Positions 43,616 to 54,149 of a DNA stretch of 64,000 nucleotides are shown here, piece by piece (the stretch's first letter is position 1; every line of letters begins with the position of its first letter). Made by a program: the position numbers and the translations under genes. The notes below the pieces were generated by a model that saw nothing but the letters and a program-made list of their open reading frames with translations, was not told where the DNA came from and did no database searches. This DNA comes from Calditrichia bacterium. GTDB taxonomy: Bacteria > Calditrichota > Calditrichia > JAJRVZ01. The stretch covers positions 320,001-384,000 of the forward strand of contig CAVZSQ010000013.1 of the NCBI GenBank assembly GCA_963777955.1, read 5' to 3'.

Positions 43616-44176
43616 GTGCAAAAAGATGACAGCGTACTGGTCAAAGAAGTTCGTAATGGTTCACCTGGATCGTATGAGCAACTTATGGAGCGTTATCAAA
43701 ATCAGGTTTATCGCATTGCCTACAGTTACACCCGGAATAAAGAACAATCTCTGGATATTACTCAAAATGTATTCATCAAGGTCTATGAGAACCTGCATAA
43801 ATTCAGGGGGGACAGTCAATTTAAAACCTGGCTGCTGCGTATTACCTGTAATGAGAGCCAGAATTGGATCAAAAAAAATCTCCGATATCAGAGGGAGGAA
43901 GACTTGGAACCTTTATTGAGCCGGGACCAGACCAGGTTGAACCAGGAAGACGAACTGCTGGCCCGGGAAAACCGCACCTTGCTGCTGCACAGTTTATATG
44001 AATTGAACACCCGCCACCGCCTGGCTGTGATATTGCGCTATTTCGAGAATTACTCCATCAAAGAAATAGCCGATGTGCTGCATTGCAGTGACGGCATGGT
44101 AAAAAATATTCTGTTCCGCAGTTTACAAAAAATGAAAAATAATCTGCAACATACATTTGCCGGAGAGTATCAATGA
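43616..44176 (+). CDS. ECF sigma-70 factor
   Basis: GTG start after AGGAGAGG; DITQNVFIK, FKTWLLRI, YSIKEIA...VKNILFR. Confidence 0.92.
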   Translation: MQKDDSVLVKEVRNGSPGSYEQLMERYQNQVYRIAYSYTRNKEQSLDITQNVFIKVYENLHKFRGDSQFKTWLLRITCNESQNWIKKNLRYQREEDLEPLLSRDQTRLNQEDELLARENRTLLLHSLYELNTRHRLAVILRYFENYSIKEIADVLHCSDGMVKNILFRSLQKMKNNLQHTFAGEYQ

Positions 44177-45118
44177 AAGAAACACGTGAATTAGAGAGTT
44201 TGATCGTCAAACTGCAGGCCGGTGAAATTACACCTGCAGAAGAACAGCGCTTACAGCAACTGGCCCGGATCTACCCTGCTTATCAAAACCTGATCCGCAC
44301 CCACCACTTGCTGACCCGGGCTTCACATTTAGTCGTTGAACCGGATGCCGCTGAATTCAAGCAGTCTGCGGGAAGCAGTACTGCAGAAGGTCAGGAACCG
44401 GCGACTGCGATCAAGAAAATTTACCGACTGGATCGAAACCATCCGTTTTTATTTACAACGGCCGGAGATTGCCGTGGCGGCACTGACTTTGCTGATCGGA
44501 TTTTTCCTGGGCCGCATATTACCAGCGGAAAGCCAGGGTACCCGGAGTTTTTTGAAACAAATCAATCTGATTGCCAGCGAGAATAAACAATTAGCCGACG
44601 TCCAGAATTCACCCTATCGTTACTCCAATGTTTCTTTTGATGAAATCGACGCCCGGAATATCGCGCTGAGTTTTGACGTCAGCACCCACATGGAACTGGT
44701 GCGGCCTAAAAGCGATCCTTTAGTACGGGAAGTTATCAGTCAGGCTCTGATAAATCCGGCGCAAAGCGGCTCAGAATTAAAAGTAATCTCTGTATCGGAA
44801 AATATGCTGGACAGAAAGATCAAAGAGGCTTTGATTTTTTCATTACATAATGCACCCATGCTGGCAGTGCGTATGAAGTCTTTGAATTCACTGTTAAAAT
44901 ACAGGGACGATGCCGAAGTTGAAGAAGCCTGTTTAAAAGTACTTCGTCAGGAAGAATCGGTACAGATGCGCCTGCTGGTGCTCGATTATCTGGAGGAAAT
45001 CAAATTCGACCGTAAAACCCTGAAAGCGGCGCTGGCCGGAGTGGATATGCGTAACAGCCCGGCCGTCCTGCTGAAGACCAATAAATATATCGATCAACAA
45101 GCAGAAATCAATAAATAG
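44173..45118 (+). CDS. Membrane-spanning anti-sigma factor-like protein with periplasmic HEAT-like repeats; frameshift ~44365
   Basis: ATGA-coupled to sigma; single TM (AVAALTLLIGFFLG); AVRMKSL...EESVQMRL HEAT-like helices. Confidence 0.72.
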
Positions 45119-45130
45119 GAAAGGAAAAAA

Positions 45131-46246
45131 ATGAAAAAGTTAACAGGCCTGCTGGCCGTATTAATCACACTTCTGTTCTGCAATTATTTGGCAGCCGGAC
45201 AGGATTTGAAACGCGAGTTTAAATTGGAATATGGTAAGAAAGTTGAGGTTGATCTTAATACCGGCGGATCCATCGAAATCAGGGGCTGGAATAAAGAACT
45301 GGTATCACTGACCGCCCGCAGTCATGATGCAGATATCGAGGAATTTAAATTCGAATTTGATGAGAGTTCCTCGGGGGTGCATATTCACGTTTCTAATTTT
45401 GATCATGATGGCGGTAGTGATATCGACCTGAAGTTATTCGTTCCTGAAAAATGTGATCTGGAACTGGAAACGATGGGCGGAGACATAACGGCTGATAATG
45501 TAGCAGGTATAATAGAAGGTAAAACCATGGGTGGTGATCTCGATCTAGCCAATCTGAAAGGAGAGGTGGATTTGACTACGATGGGTGGTGATATCCATGT
45601 TGAGAACTCGGAACTGGATGGCGAGGTAAAGACCATGGGCGGGGAAGTGACTTTTCAGGATGTCGGTGGAAACGTCAAGGGTTCAACTATGGGCGGTGAT
45701 GTTGAAATCCGCGGTACCAAAAATATTGTAAAAAAAGAAGTGAAAATCTCTACCATGGGCGGCGATATTAATATTGATTCAGCACCTGGTGGCGCGGATG
45801 TGCACACCATGGGGGGTGATATTACTGTGCGTTCTGCCGGAACCTTTGTCAAAGCTAAAACTATGGGGGGTGATATCGTTATCGATCAGGTTGATGGCGG
45901 TGCAAAGGTGTCCACCATGGGCGGTGATATTGTTGTTACCATGGTTGGCGACGTGAAACAGGGTGATCGCGATATCGATCTTTCTTCAATGGGGGGTGAT
46001 ATCACCCTGACCCTGCCGCAGGGTCTGTCCATCGATTTCAATATTAAACTGACCTATACCAAACGTTCCGCAGGGGAATACGAGATACGCTGCGATTTTC
46101 CTATTAAAATTGAAGAAAGTAAAGATTGGGATTATTCGAGAGGTTCAGCGCGAAAAGACATCACCGGCACCGGCAAGGTCGGCGATGGTAAATACCGGGT
46201 ACGCCTGGAAACAACAAATGGTAATATTACGGTCAAAAAAGGATAA
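45131..46246 (+). CDS. DUF4097-type beta-strand-repeat exported protein
   Basis: Signal peptide; GSIEIRGW; ten (T/S)MGG(D/E) repeats of about 18 aa; LETTNGNITV end. Confidence 0.85.
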   Translation: MKKLTGLLAVLITLLFCNYLAAGQDLKREFKLEYGKKVEVDLNTGGSIEIRGWNKELVSLTARSHDADIEEFKFEFDESSSGVHIHVSNFDHDGGSDIDLKLFVPEKCDLELETMGGDITADNVAGIIEGKTMGGDLDLANLKGEVDLTTMGGDIHVENSELDGEVKTMGGEVTFQDVGGNVKGSTMGGDVEIRGTKNIVKKEVKISTMGGDINIDSAPGGADVHTMGGDITVRSAGTFVKAKTMGGDIVIDQVDGGAKVSTMGGDIVVTMVGDVKQGDRDIDLSSMGGDITLTLPQGLSIDFNIKLTYTKRSAGEYEIRCDFPIKIEESKDWDYSRGSARKDITGTGKVGDGKYRVRLETTNGNITVKKG

Positions 46247-46265
46247 CAACAGATTAGCGAATTGG

Positions 46266-46308
46266 CCTCCGCAGGCACATCCCTGGGATGTGCCTGCGGA
46301 GGTTTTTT
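46266..46308 (+). terminator. Intrinsic terminator
   Basis: CCTCCGCAGGCACATCCC-T-GGGATGTGCCTGCGGAGG then TTTTTT. Confidence 0.9.
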
Positions 46309-47299
46309 ATACCCGCTTGATGACCATAATGGTCAAATCATCATTACGGGTATCACCGTCCAGGAAGGAAGCTAAATCTTCCAGTATAATCCCCACTAAC
46401 TGCGACGCCGACAAATTCTGGAACTGGTTCAGTACATCTCCGATCCGGTCTATGCTATACTCATCCCCATTCTTATGCGCTTCGGAAAGCCCATCACTGT
46501 AAAGGAAGATACTTTCTCCCGGCTGTAATCTGAAATTCCTGACGGTATACTGGCTCTCGCATAATAAACCGATGGGCAGACCTGTCGCCTCGATTTTCTG
46601 CACCTGTCCATTCTGCAACAGGAACGGAGGGCAGTGACCGGCATTGCACAGTTCAATGCTGCCCTCCGGGGATAAACGACTGCAAATTAATGTACTGTAA
46701 TGACTGCTGAGGGTACTTTCACACAGGAGATGGTTGGCCCGTTCTACCAGTTTGCTGACCGGTAAATTGAATTCGATCATGCTGTGGAACATGGCATGCA
46801 GGTGCATCATTAACATTGAAGCCGCAATTCCTTTTCCGGAGACATCCCCCACGATCGCCAGCATATTTTTCTGCTCGTCTTTTAATTCCACCACATCACA
46901 ATAATCCCCGCTCACCGGTCCGGCCGCCTGATAATGATAATAGATCTGCCAGTTATTCAATAGAAAATTATTTTTTGGCAATAAAAATTGCTGCATGCGT
47001 CCAGCCAGATCAATATCCTGCTCCAGGGCACGTTGTTCGTTAGCATTCAGATGATCCAGGCAAACCCGCACCAGCGGATTTGATACCAGCCGGTCATGTT
47101 CGATAGGATCATGACATACTTCACATAAGCCATAGGTATTATGATCAATCCTCTCCAGGGCCAGATCGATTTCACGAAACAATTGTACCAACTGGGTATC
47201 TTTGCTATGGGTGAGTACGGACTTAAGACGATTTCGCCTGGCGATCAATTCGTCTTTGATCAGGGTATCGCGATTTACAGCCATACTGCTTTCCTTCAA
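46307..47299 (-). CDS. SpoIIE/RsbU-type PP2C phosphatase with N-terminal DksA/TraR-like zinc finger
   Basis: ALERIDHNTYGLCEVC-x17-CLDH; SGDYCD, GDVSGKG, NAGH, YSDGLSE, DDLT. Confidence 0.88.
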   Translation of the reverse strand: MKESSMAVNRDTLIKDELIARRNRLKSVLTHSKDTQLVQLFREIDLALERIDHNTYGLCEVCHDPIEHDRLVSNPLVRVCLDHLNANEQRALEQDIDLAGRMQQFLLPKNNFLLNNWQIYYHYQAAGPVSGDYCDVVELKDEQKNMLAIVGDVSGKGIAASMLMMHLHAMFHSMIEFNLPVSKLVERANHLLCESTLSSHYSTLICSRLSPEGSIELCNAGHCPPFLLQNGQVQKIEATGLPIGLLCESQYTVRNFRLQPGESIFLYSDGLSEAHKNGDEYSIDRIGDVLNQFQNLSASQLVGIILEDLASFLDGDTRNDDLTIMVIKRV

Positions 47300-47334
47300 T
47301 AAATAATCGATAGTGATGGTAGAAACTTGCTTAA

Positions 47335-48966
47335 CTAATTCTTAATTATGATCCGTTGTTGCGAACGGGTGGTAATATATTCCAACTTTTGCCAGAGGTC
47401 AAAGAATAAATTAACTTTAAATTTTTTTACCGGTCGCAGACCTGCGGCGGCCGTATCGGCAAATAATATCCTGTCATCGATTAAACTTTGCAGTAATTTT
47501 AGTGCCCCCGTGGTTCTGCTAACCTCAGTTTTGTATTGGTTGAATATTGAATTTAAACCGACTTCGGCATCAGCAAGTTCCAATCCCTTTAGAAAATTAA
47601 TGATCCGGCCGGTGATCATCAAGGTGAAAATCTCATCCCGGTCAGACCCGGCTCGGTCATACCCAAGGGCGCTGGAACGGCTGCAGATCATTTCGTTTGG
47701 GCTGAGCGGTGGAAAATCAGCAGCCGCAGGTGTTCCCGGTGTCAGATAGAAGGGGGATAATCCCAGTAGCACCGGCAGACGGCTGGTCAGTATTATTGTT
47801 TGGAGCATGCTGTGTAGTGATTCATTCGGTAAACCAAGGATTTGATATGAAACAATCCGAAAACCCAGATCACGTGCTGTTTGCACAACTTCCATATATT
47901 TATTCAGATCAGCTGTCCGGCGGTTTTCGCTTAAAACACCGGCATCCGAACTGACCAGGCTTACATTCAGATCCTGAAAACCGGCCTGGCGCATCAGTGG
48001 CAGTAACTCCCGGTCCAGGTTGAAATACGATATTCCATTCATGGCGGTACAGGTAATAGTACCGGCAGGAAAACTTTTGATCAGTTCCCGGCAGAGCGTT
48101 TTCATTTCGGGCAGATCAAAGGTCAGGTTATCGTCTTCAAAGTCAAATACGCGGTACCCCTGTTGATAACGCTGCTCTATTTCCGCCATAATATTTTTAA
48201 CACTACGCCGGCGGTAGTGCGGACCAAAGGTCTGCTGAACCGAGCAAAAAGAACAATGGTAGGGACAACCGCGTGAAGTGATGATGAAGGTCAATGGCAT
48301 GTTTTTATACCTGTACTGCTGTGGATCGAGATCCGCCAGATCGGGTATGGGCAAATCGTCCGTTGTGAAATTTTCTGCTCTTTGATTTAAAATTAATTGA
48401 CTGCCTGCTTTATAACCCAGATTCGGGACACCGGCAAAATCTTTATTACCCAGCCAGCTTTTCAAAAATTCCACCAGTGGTCTCTCTCCTTCTCCACGTA
48501 TGACATAATCTATTTCGGCATGTTGCAGCATTTGCTGCGGATCAGCCGAAACATGAGCGCCACCGACCAGCAGGGGCGCATTCCATTTGCTCCTGATTGC
48601 CGTAACTGTATCTAGTACCTGCTGATAATAAGGGGTGAACAGAGCAGAGATACCGACCAGATCGGGTTTTAGTTGAGATACTTCAGCGGCGATGGTCGCA
48701 TAACTTGCACCGAAGTGATAGAAATGATAGAAAGTGGAAAAGGGACTGTGATCAGGATATGCATAATATTCCTTTAAAAAATCCAATTCCGGCGGAGGGG
48801 TAACCGTATGTTTGCCCCAACCATGGTGGTAGTCTTTTATGATTACTTCAATCTGCGGAAGATATTTTTTTACCGTGGCTTTTAAGTAAGCCAGCCCGAT
48901 CGGCTGCAGGCGGATAGCGGTATCATAAAAATCCTGAGTGGGCGGTTGCAGCAATAACAGTTTCAT
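47335..48966 (-). CDS. B12-binding radical SAM protein
   Basis: PIGLAYL, DLVGIS, VGGAH, RGEGE; SRGCPYHCSFC; FEDDNLT. Confidence 0.92.
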   Translation of the reverse strand: MKLLLLQPPTQDFYDTAIRLQPIGLAYLKATVKKYLPQIEVIIKDYHHGWGKHTVTPPPELDFLKEYYAYPDHSPFSTFYHFYHFGASYATIAAEVSQLKPDLVGISALFTPYYQQVLDTVTAIRSKWNAPLLVGGAHVSADPQQMLQHAEIDYVIRGEGERPLVEFLKSWLGNKDFAGVPNLGYKAGSQLILNQRAENFTTDDLPIPDLADLDPQQYRYKNMPLTFIITSRGCPYHCSFCSVQQTFGPHYRRRSVKNIMAEIEQRYQQGYRVFDFEDDNLTFDLPEMKTLCRELIKSFPAGTITCTAMNGISYFNLDRELLPLMRQAGFQDLNVSLVSSDAGVLSENRRTADLNKYMEVVQTARDLGFRIVSYQILGLPNESLHSMLQTIILTSRLPVLLGLSPFYLTPGTPAAADFPPLSPNEMICSRSSALGYDRAGSDRDEIFTLMITGRIINFLKGLELADAEVGLNSIFNQYKTEVSRTTGALKLLQSLIDDRILFADTAAAGLRPVKKFKVNLFFDLWQKLEYITTRSQQRIIIKN

Positions 48967-49019
48967 ATCAGCGGTTCATTGGCATATTAGTCAACCGGAT
49001 CATTGCCGAAGTTGTTCAA

Positions 49020-50596
49020 TTAATCTGTTCTTAATCGTCCTTTATGATTGGCCAGTTTCAAGGCCAGTTGACAGGTTAATTCCGAGATGCGTGCGATTTT
49101 TTTTATATTCAATTTATCCAGATCATCAGCGGGAGTATGATAATCTTTCATATAATAATCAAAGAAAAATATAGCCGGAATTCCCTGCAGTCCATAATTA
49201 AAATGATCACTGCGATAATAAGCCCGTTCCGGGTGATCTGGATTGTTTAAATCGTAATTAAATTTGAATCTGACCGTAGCGGCATTCACGGTTTCTGTTA
49301 TTTCCTGTAATTCCGGACTGATATGATCAGCACCCACGCTGTAAATGCTGTCCGCAGATCCCCCGCCGACCATATCCAGATTAATATATGCGATCATGCT
49401 CTGTGCGATATCCGCCTGTTGAGACAGATATTTCGAACCAAGCAGGCCTTTTTCTTCGGCAGTATGGAATATAACCAGCACAGAGCGTTTATTACGATGC
49501 TCCCTGGCCAGGGCTCCGGCCGCTTCCAGAATCAGCTGACTGTCCCGGAAGCATTATCATCGGCCCCATTATAGACCGTATCACCGGCCATACCTACGTG
49601 GTCATAATGGGCTCCGATACCCACATATTCATGGCGTAATTCTGCATCGGTACCCGGGATCATTCCGACAACATTATAAGCCTGCCTGATACTATCCGTA
49701 TTAAACTCCCAGGTCAGTCGTACCCGTTTTTTGAGTATAAATACCGGTAAGGTCTGGCGATTTGCCAGCAGGACCAGTAACGAATCAGCTGAATATTTTT
49801 CCGAGGCAAATAAGGGCCCCAGAGATCTTTCTCTGATTGAAATGGAAGGTATTGTAGGAAATTCAGATCGTTGACCTGTTGCTAATCCATCATCTTTTAA
49901 TTGCAGATTACCTTTTTGAACATATGCCTGCATTTTACTCCAGCCATAGGTTTTTTCGAATTGTGACAGAAGAATGATACCAATAGCGCCATGTGCGCCG
50001 GCATTAATAATTTTATGTCCAAAAAAAGCATAGCGTGACTCTTTAATGCCATTGAAATATGCACTGTCTGTACTACCCGGCTCACCGTAAAGTACAACAA
50101 CCACTTTTCCTTCGACCCCGATTCTGGCATAATCATCATAATTGAACTCCGCTGCGGTAATACCATATCCCGCAAAAACGATGCCGGCGGTGGTATCCAA
50201 TTTCGGATAATAGTGGCTCGCCCCGATAAAATCTTCGCCATACTGATAAGAATGGATCACATTACCCTGCTGGTCTTCCAGCTGTAATTGCGATTTTTCC
50301 GAGAAGCGAATTAACCTTAAATCGATGGTTTGCAGATATCCCGGGGCACCAGGCCAGGGAGAGACACCATATTTTTGCAACTCCGAACTTAGAAATAATG
50401 CCGCCAGTTTTTCTCCCCGCTTCGTCGCTTCGCGGCCTTCCAGATCATCAGCGGTCAGAAATTCAAGATTGGCCAGAATATTATGCGCAGAAATATTCGA
50501 CCTTCCATTTTTATCTTGCCCAACCTCATTGGCATTGGGATTACATCCCAGCATTATTCCGGTAATCATCAGCAATATGGCTGTATTTCTATTCAC
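49020..50596 (-). CDS. M28 family peptidase lipoprotein with PA domain; frameshift ~49537
   Basis: Lipobox MLG-C; LEGRE; VFAGYGI; GAHYDH, NGADDNASG, AEEKGLLGS, NLDMVG, RSDH, YHTPAD. Confidence 0.9.
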
Positions 50597-50816
50597 AATC
50601 CACCTCCACTACCTGCCGGTTTATTAATTCATCCGCCTACCATAGAGCTATCAGATATTCGGTAACAAGATACCTGCAGTCCGCCGCTCCTGGTAAAATT
50701 AGGTTTTCATTATTACTTAACAAAATGTTTTTTATTTTTTTTAAGTAGATAAACCGGAGATGAATAAAACGATTAAGTAGTTAGTTATACCGTGATGAAT
50801 AGATTATCGGTTTGAA

Positions 50817-52907
50817 ATGAACAAAACGCCCAAAGTAAAATATACCAATGCACTTATCCGGGAGAGCAGTCCTTACCTCCTGCAGCACGCCCATAACCCG
50901 GTTAACTGGTATCCCTGGAATGAGCAGGCTTTGACCCTGGCCCGGACAGCAGATAAGCCAATCTTGCTCAGTATCGGTTATGCCGCCTGTCACTGGTGTC
51001 ATGTGATGGCCCATGAATCCTTCGAGGATGAGGAAACGGCAGCCTTGATGAACGAACATTTTATCTGTATCAAAGTTGACCGTGAGGAGCGGCCGGACAT
51101 CGATCAGGTTTATATGACTTTTGTACAAATGAGCAGCGGAGGAGGAGGATGGCCTCTGAATGTTTTTCTGACTCCCGATCAGCAGCCTTTCTTTGGCGGT
51201 ACCTATTTCCCGCCCACGGATCGTTTTAATTTGCCTTCCTGGCGCAAAGTTCTGGTTGAAGTAAGTCGTTTCTACCGGCAGGATAAAGCCCAGCTGCAGC
51301 AAAGTATCGGTCTGCTTGAACAGGTCTTTGGCCGCAACGCTGCTCCAGGCACCCTGATCCGGGAATTTGATTCTTCTATATTCAGGCAGGCCGTAGAAAA
51401 AATATCAATATTATATGATCCGCAATTTGGCGGTTTTGGTTCGGCTCCTAAATTTCCAGCAGTTCAGGTTATGGACTTTTTATTGCGGCACTATCATCGC
51501 AGCGGGGATACCCGGCAACTGAACATGGTGACGCACTCGCTGCGGCAAATGGCCTCTGGCGGCATTTACGATCACCTGGGGGGTGGATTTGCCCGTTACT
51601 CCGTTGACTCCAGGTGGTTGATTCCCCATTTTGAAAAAATGCTTTACGATAATGCCCAGCTGGCCGGTTTATATCTGGAAACCTTCCTGGTAACTTCTGA
51701 TCCCTTTTTCCTGAAAATTACCCGCGAAACACTGGATTTCGTAGCCAAGGAACTTCGGTCCAAAGACGGCAGTTTTTATTCCAGTCTTGATGCGGATAGT
51801 GAAGGAATCGAAGGAAAATATTACTTATGGGATCATGTTGAAGTAGAATCACTCCTGGCTGAAAAATATCCGGTCTTTGCGGATTATTACGATATATCTT
51901 ACAGGGGTAATCATGAAGGTAAAAATATTCTGCATATTCAATCTGATCTGGCCGGCACAGCAACCCGTTTCAATATAGCGGAAACCCGGGCCGCCCAGAT
52001 TTTAAATGACTGCCGGGTAAAATTATTTCAGGCCCGCAGTCGAAGAATTTCTCCAGCACTGGATTATAAAATTATTACTTCCTGGAATGCCCTGATGCTT
52101 TCGGCCTATGCCAAAGCATATCAGGTTTTACAGGATGAAAAGTACAGGCAGATCATTATTGATAATATTAATTTTCTGCATACCCGGCTGTTCAAAAACA
52201 GGCAACTGCTGCACACCTATAGTAAAGGACTGGCAAAACACCCCGGATTTCTGGACGATTATGCCTTGCTGATTAATGCTCTGTGGGATGCTTATGAAGC
52301 ACTATTCGATATGAACTATCTTGAGTGGGCTAAAGAACTTTTGGATTATGTCAATGAGCACTTCTGGGATGAACATGCCGCCGGTTACTTTTATACCTCC
52401 GATGTGCATTCCGCTCTTATTCAGCGTATGAAAGACGAGCATGACCAGTCCCTGCCATCCGCTACTGCCATTATGCTGCTTAACAACCTGCGCTTTCACA
52501 CACTCAGCGGCCAGACACATTTATGGCAGCGCAGCGAACGGGTCTTGCGGGCTTGTGCTCATGATATGGCTATAAATCCTTACGCTTATGGCAGCTATTT
52601 AATCGCACTGGATTTTTTTCTGCACAAACCGGAAGAAATCATCATGGCCTTGCCCGATCGGGCATCCGCGCAACCATTTAACCGGATCATCTTCAATTTC
52701 TTTCAACCCGGCAAGGTTGTATTTCAATTGACACCTGGTCAGCATTCCCCGCTTTTTAGTTCCGATCTATTTAAAAATAAAATTCCCCTGGATGGAAAAC
52801 CAACCGTCTATATCTGCCACAATAATACCTGTAGCAGTCCGGTTTGCACGGCGGAAGAATTAAAACAATTATTACTCAGCGGCCGTGAGGTCTTTTTAAA
52901 GCAGTAG
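50817..52907 (+). CDS. YyaL/SSP411 thioredoxin-domain protein (DUF255 plus alpha/alpha barrel)
   Basis: SPYLLQHAHNPVNW, CHWCHVMAHESF, KVDREERPDID, PHFEKMLYDNA. Confidence 0.93.
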   Translation: MNKTPKVKYTNALIRESSPYLLQHAHNPVNWYPWNEQALTLARTADKPILLSIGYAACHWCHVMAHESFEDEETAALMNEHFICIKVDREERPDIDQVYMTFVQMSSGGGGWPLNVFLTPDQQPFFGGTYFPPTDRFNLPSWRKVLVEVSRFYRQDKAQLQQSIGLLEQVFGRNAAPGTLIREFDSSIFRQAVEKISILYDPQFGGFGSAPKFPAVQVMDFLLRHYHRSGDTRQLNMVTHSLRQMASGGIYDHLGGGFARYSVDSRWLIPHFEKMLYDNAQLAGLYLETFLVTSDPFFLKITRETLDFVAKELRSKDGSFYSSLDADSEGIEGKYYLWDHVEVESLLAEKYPVFADYYDISYRGNHEGKNILHIQSDLAGTATRFNIAETRAAQILNDCRVKLFQARSRRISPALDYKIITSWNALMLSAYAKAYQVLQDEKYRQIIIDNINFLHTRLFKNRQLLHTYSKGLAKHPGFLDDYALLINALWDAYEALFDMNYLEWAKELLDYVNEHFWDEHAAGYFYTSDVHSALIQRMKDEHDQSLPSATAIMLLNNLRFHTLSGQTHLWQRSERVLRACAHDMAINPYAYGSYLIALDFFLHKPEEIIMALPDRASAQPFNRIIFNFFQPGKVVFQLTPGQHSPLFSSDLFKNKIPLDGKPTVYICHNNTCSSPVCTAEELKQLLLSGREVFLKQ

Positions 52908-53760
52908 CCGTAATCTGATTGAATCCCAGTTTTGAGGCGATTATTTTGTCCAGAATCTTAGCGGGTATTACATGGGCCATGAGCCAATCCCTTAAGCGGG
53001 CGCGGGTTACTACATACTGGTTTTTAGGATTTTTACCGGTCAAAGCCTGTACAATAACGCGGCTCACCTGCGCTACAGGCATCATATCTTCCCGCGACCC
53101 GTTTACCATATAGTCACGCATGCGTTTCAGCGCCGGATAATAATCATTATGCTGATAATCCGTCAGTTCCGGCACTTTTTGCCAGATGGGGGTCCAGGTA
53201 CTGGCCGGGCGAATGATAATCACTTTAATTCCGTAGAGCAGCATTTCCCTGCGCAGGGCTGTCGATAATGCTTCCAGGGCATGCTTGGAAGCGCTGTATG
53301 GCCCCATGAACGGATAGGTTCTTCCCCCGCTGGTAGAACTGATATTAATTATCCGGCCCGGCGGGTAAGGTGAATTTTTTTCTGCGCCCAGTAAGGGCAA
53401 AAATGCCTGTATGACCGCCAGTTGCCCGTACAGATTTACCTCAAATTGCCAGCGCAACTGTTCCAGGGTGATGGCATTCAACGGTCCGGCCACGGCAATC
53501 CCGGCATTATTGATCAAAGCATATAAACCGCTCTGACCGATGTTAGCTTTGACCACCGGCACGGCTGCCATGATCTGCTGACCTTGGGTTACATCAAATA
53601 ACAAAGGTGTGCAGGTGTCACCACCAAAATCATTCCTTAATTTTTCGGCATCTTCCTGGCGGCGCACGCTGCCGAATACATGGTAGCCAAGATTAACCAG
53701 ATCTTTAACGCACTCGTAACCTATACCGCTGGATGCACCAGTAATCAGAACATGTTTCAT
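52876..53760 (-). CDS. Short-chain dehydrogenase/reductase
   Basis: TGASSGIG, NNAG, YSASK. Confidence 0.93.
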   Translation of the reverse strand: MKHVLITGASSGIGYECVKDLVNLGYHVFGSVRRQEDAEKLRNDFGGDTCTPLLFDVTQGQQIMAAVPVVKANIGQSGLYALINNAGIAVAGPLNAITLEQLRWQFEVNLYGQLAVIQAFLPLLGAEKNSPYPPGRIINISSTSGGRTYPFMGPYSASKHALEALSTALRREMLLYGIKVIIIRPASTWTPIWQKVPELTDYQHNDYYPALKRMRDYMVNGSREDMMPVAQVSRVIVQALTGKNPKNQYVVTRARLRDWLMAHVIPAKILDKIIASKLGFNQITATALKRPHGR

Positions 53761-53779
53761 TTCCGAACACTACACCTAT

Positions 53780-54130
53780 TTACCTTTTATCCTTGAACAG
53801 TGTATTCAGGATAATACTAACCAGGCTGATTATAATCGCCCCGCCCAGGGCCGGCCAGAATCCATAAATAATAAATCCGGGCAACAGCCTTGCGGTCAAG
53901 CCCAGGATAGCTGCATTAATAATAAACGTAAAAAGCCCCAGGGTCAGAATATTAATCGGCAGGGTCAGAATAATTAAAACAGGTTTGATCGAGATATTTA
54001 GTATTCCAAACAGGGCGGAGGCAATTAACAGATCACTGAAGCGGTTAAATATTATTCCGGGTATTATCAAACAGGTTACAGCCATGGCCACCGCATTGAT
54101 GAACCAGCGCAGCAGAGCGGATTGCAGCAT
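53780..54130 (-). CDS. YvlD/DUF360 (4-TM 'phage holin family') membrane protein
   Basis: IKPVLIILTLPINILTLGLFTFIINA, GFWPAL. Confidence 0.9.
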   Translation of the reverse strand: MLQSALLRWFINAVAMAVTCLIIPGIIFNRFSDLLIASALFGILNISIKPVLIILTLPINILTLGLFTFIINAAILGLTARLLPGFIIYGFWPALGGAIIISLVSIILNTLFKDKR

Positions 54131-54149
54131 ATCTCTTCTCCGGTAGGTT

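Noticed and set aside
45465..46005. Recurring ACCATGGGCGGTGATAT-like DNA repeat with ~54-bp period, superficially CRISPR-like
   Set aside because: Repeats are in-frame TMGGD codons with synonymous variation inside a CDS; no cas genes
53780..54130. Prophage signal from 'phage holin family' protein
   Set aside because: YvlD/DUF360 is a common chromosomal membrane protein; no phage genes nearby
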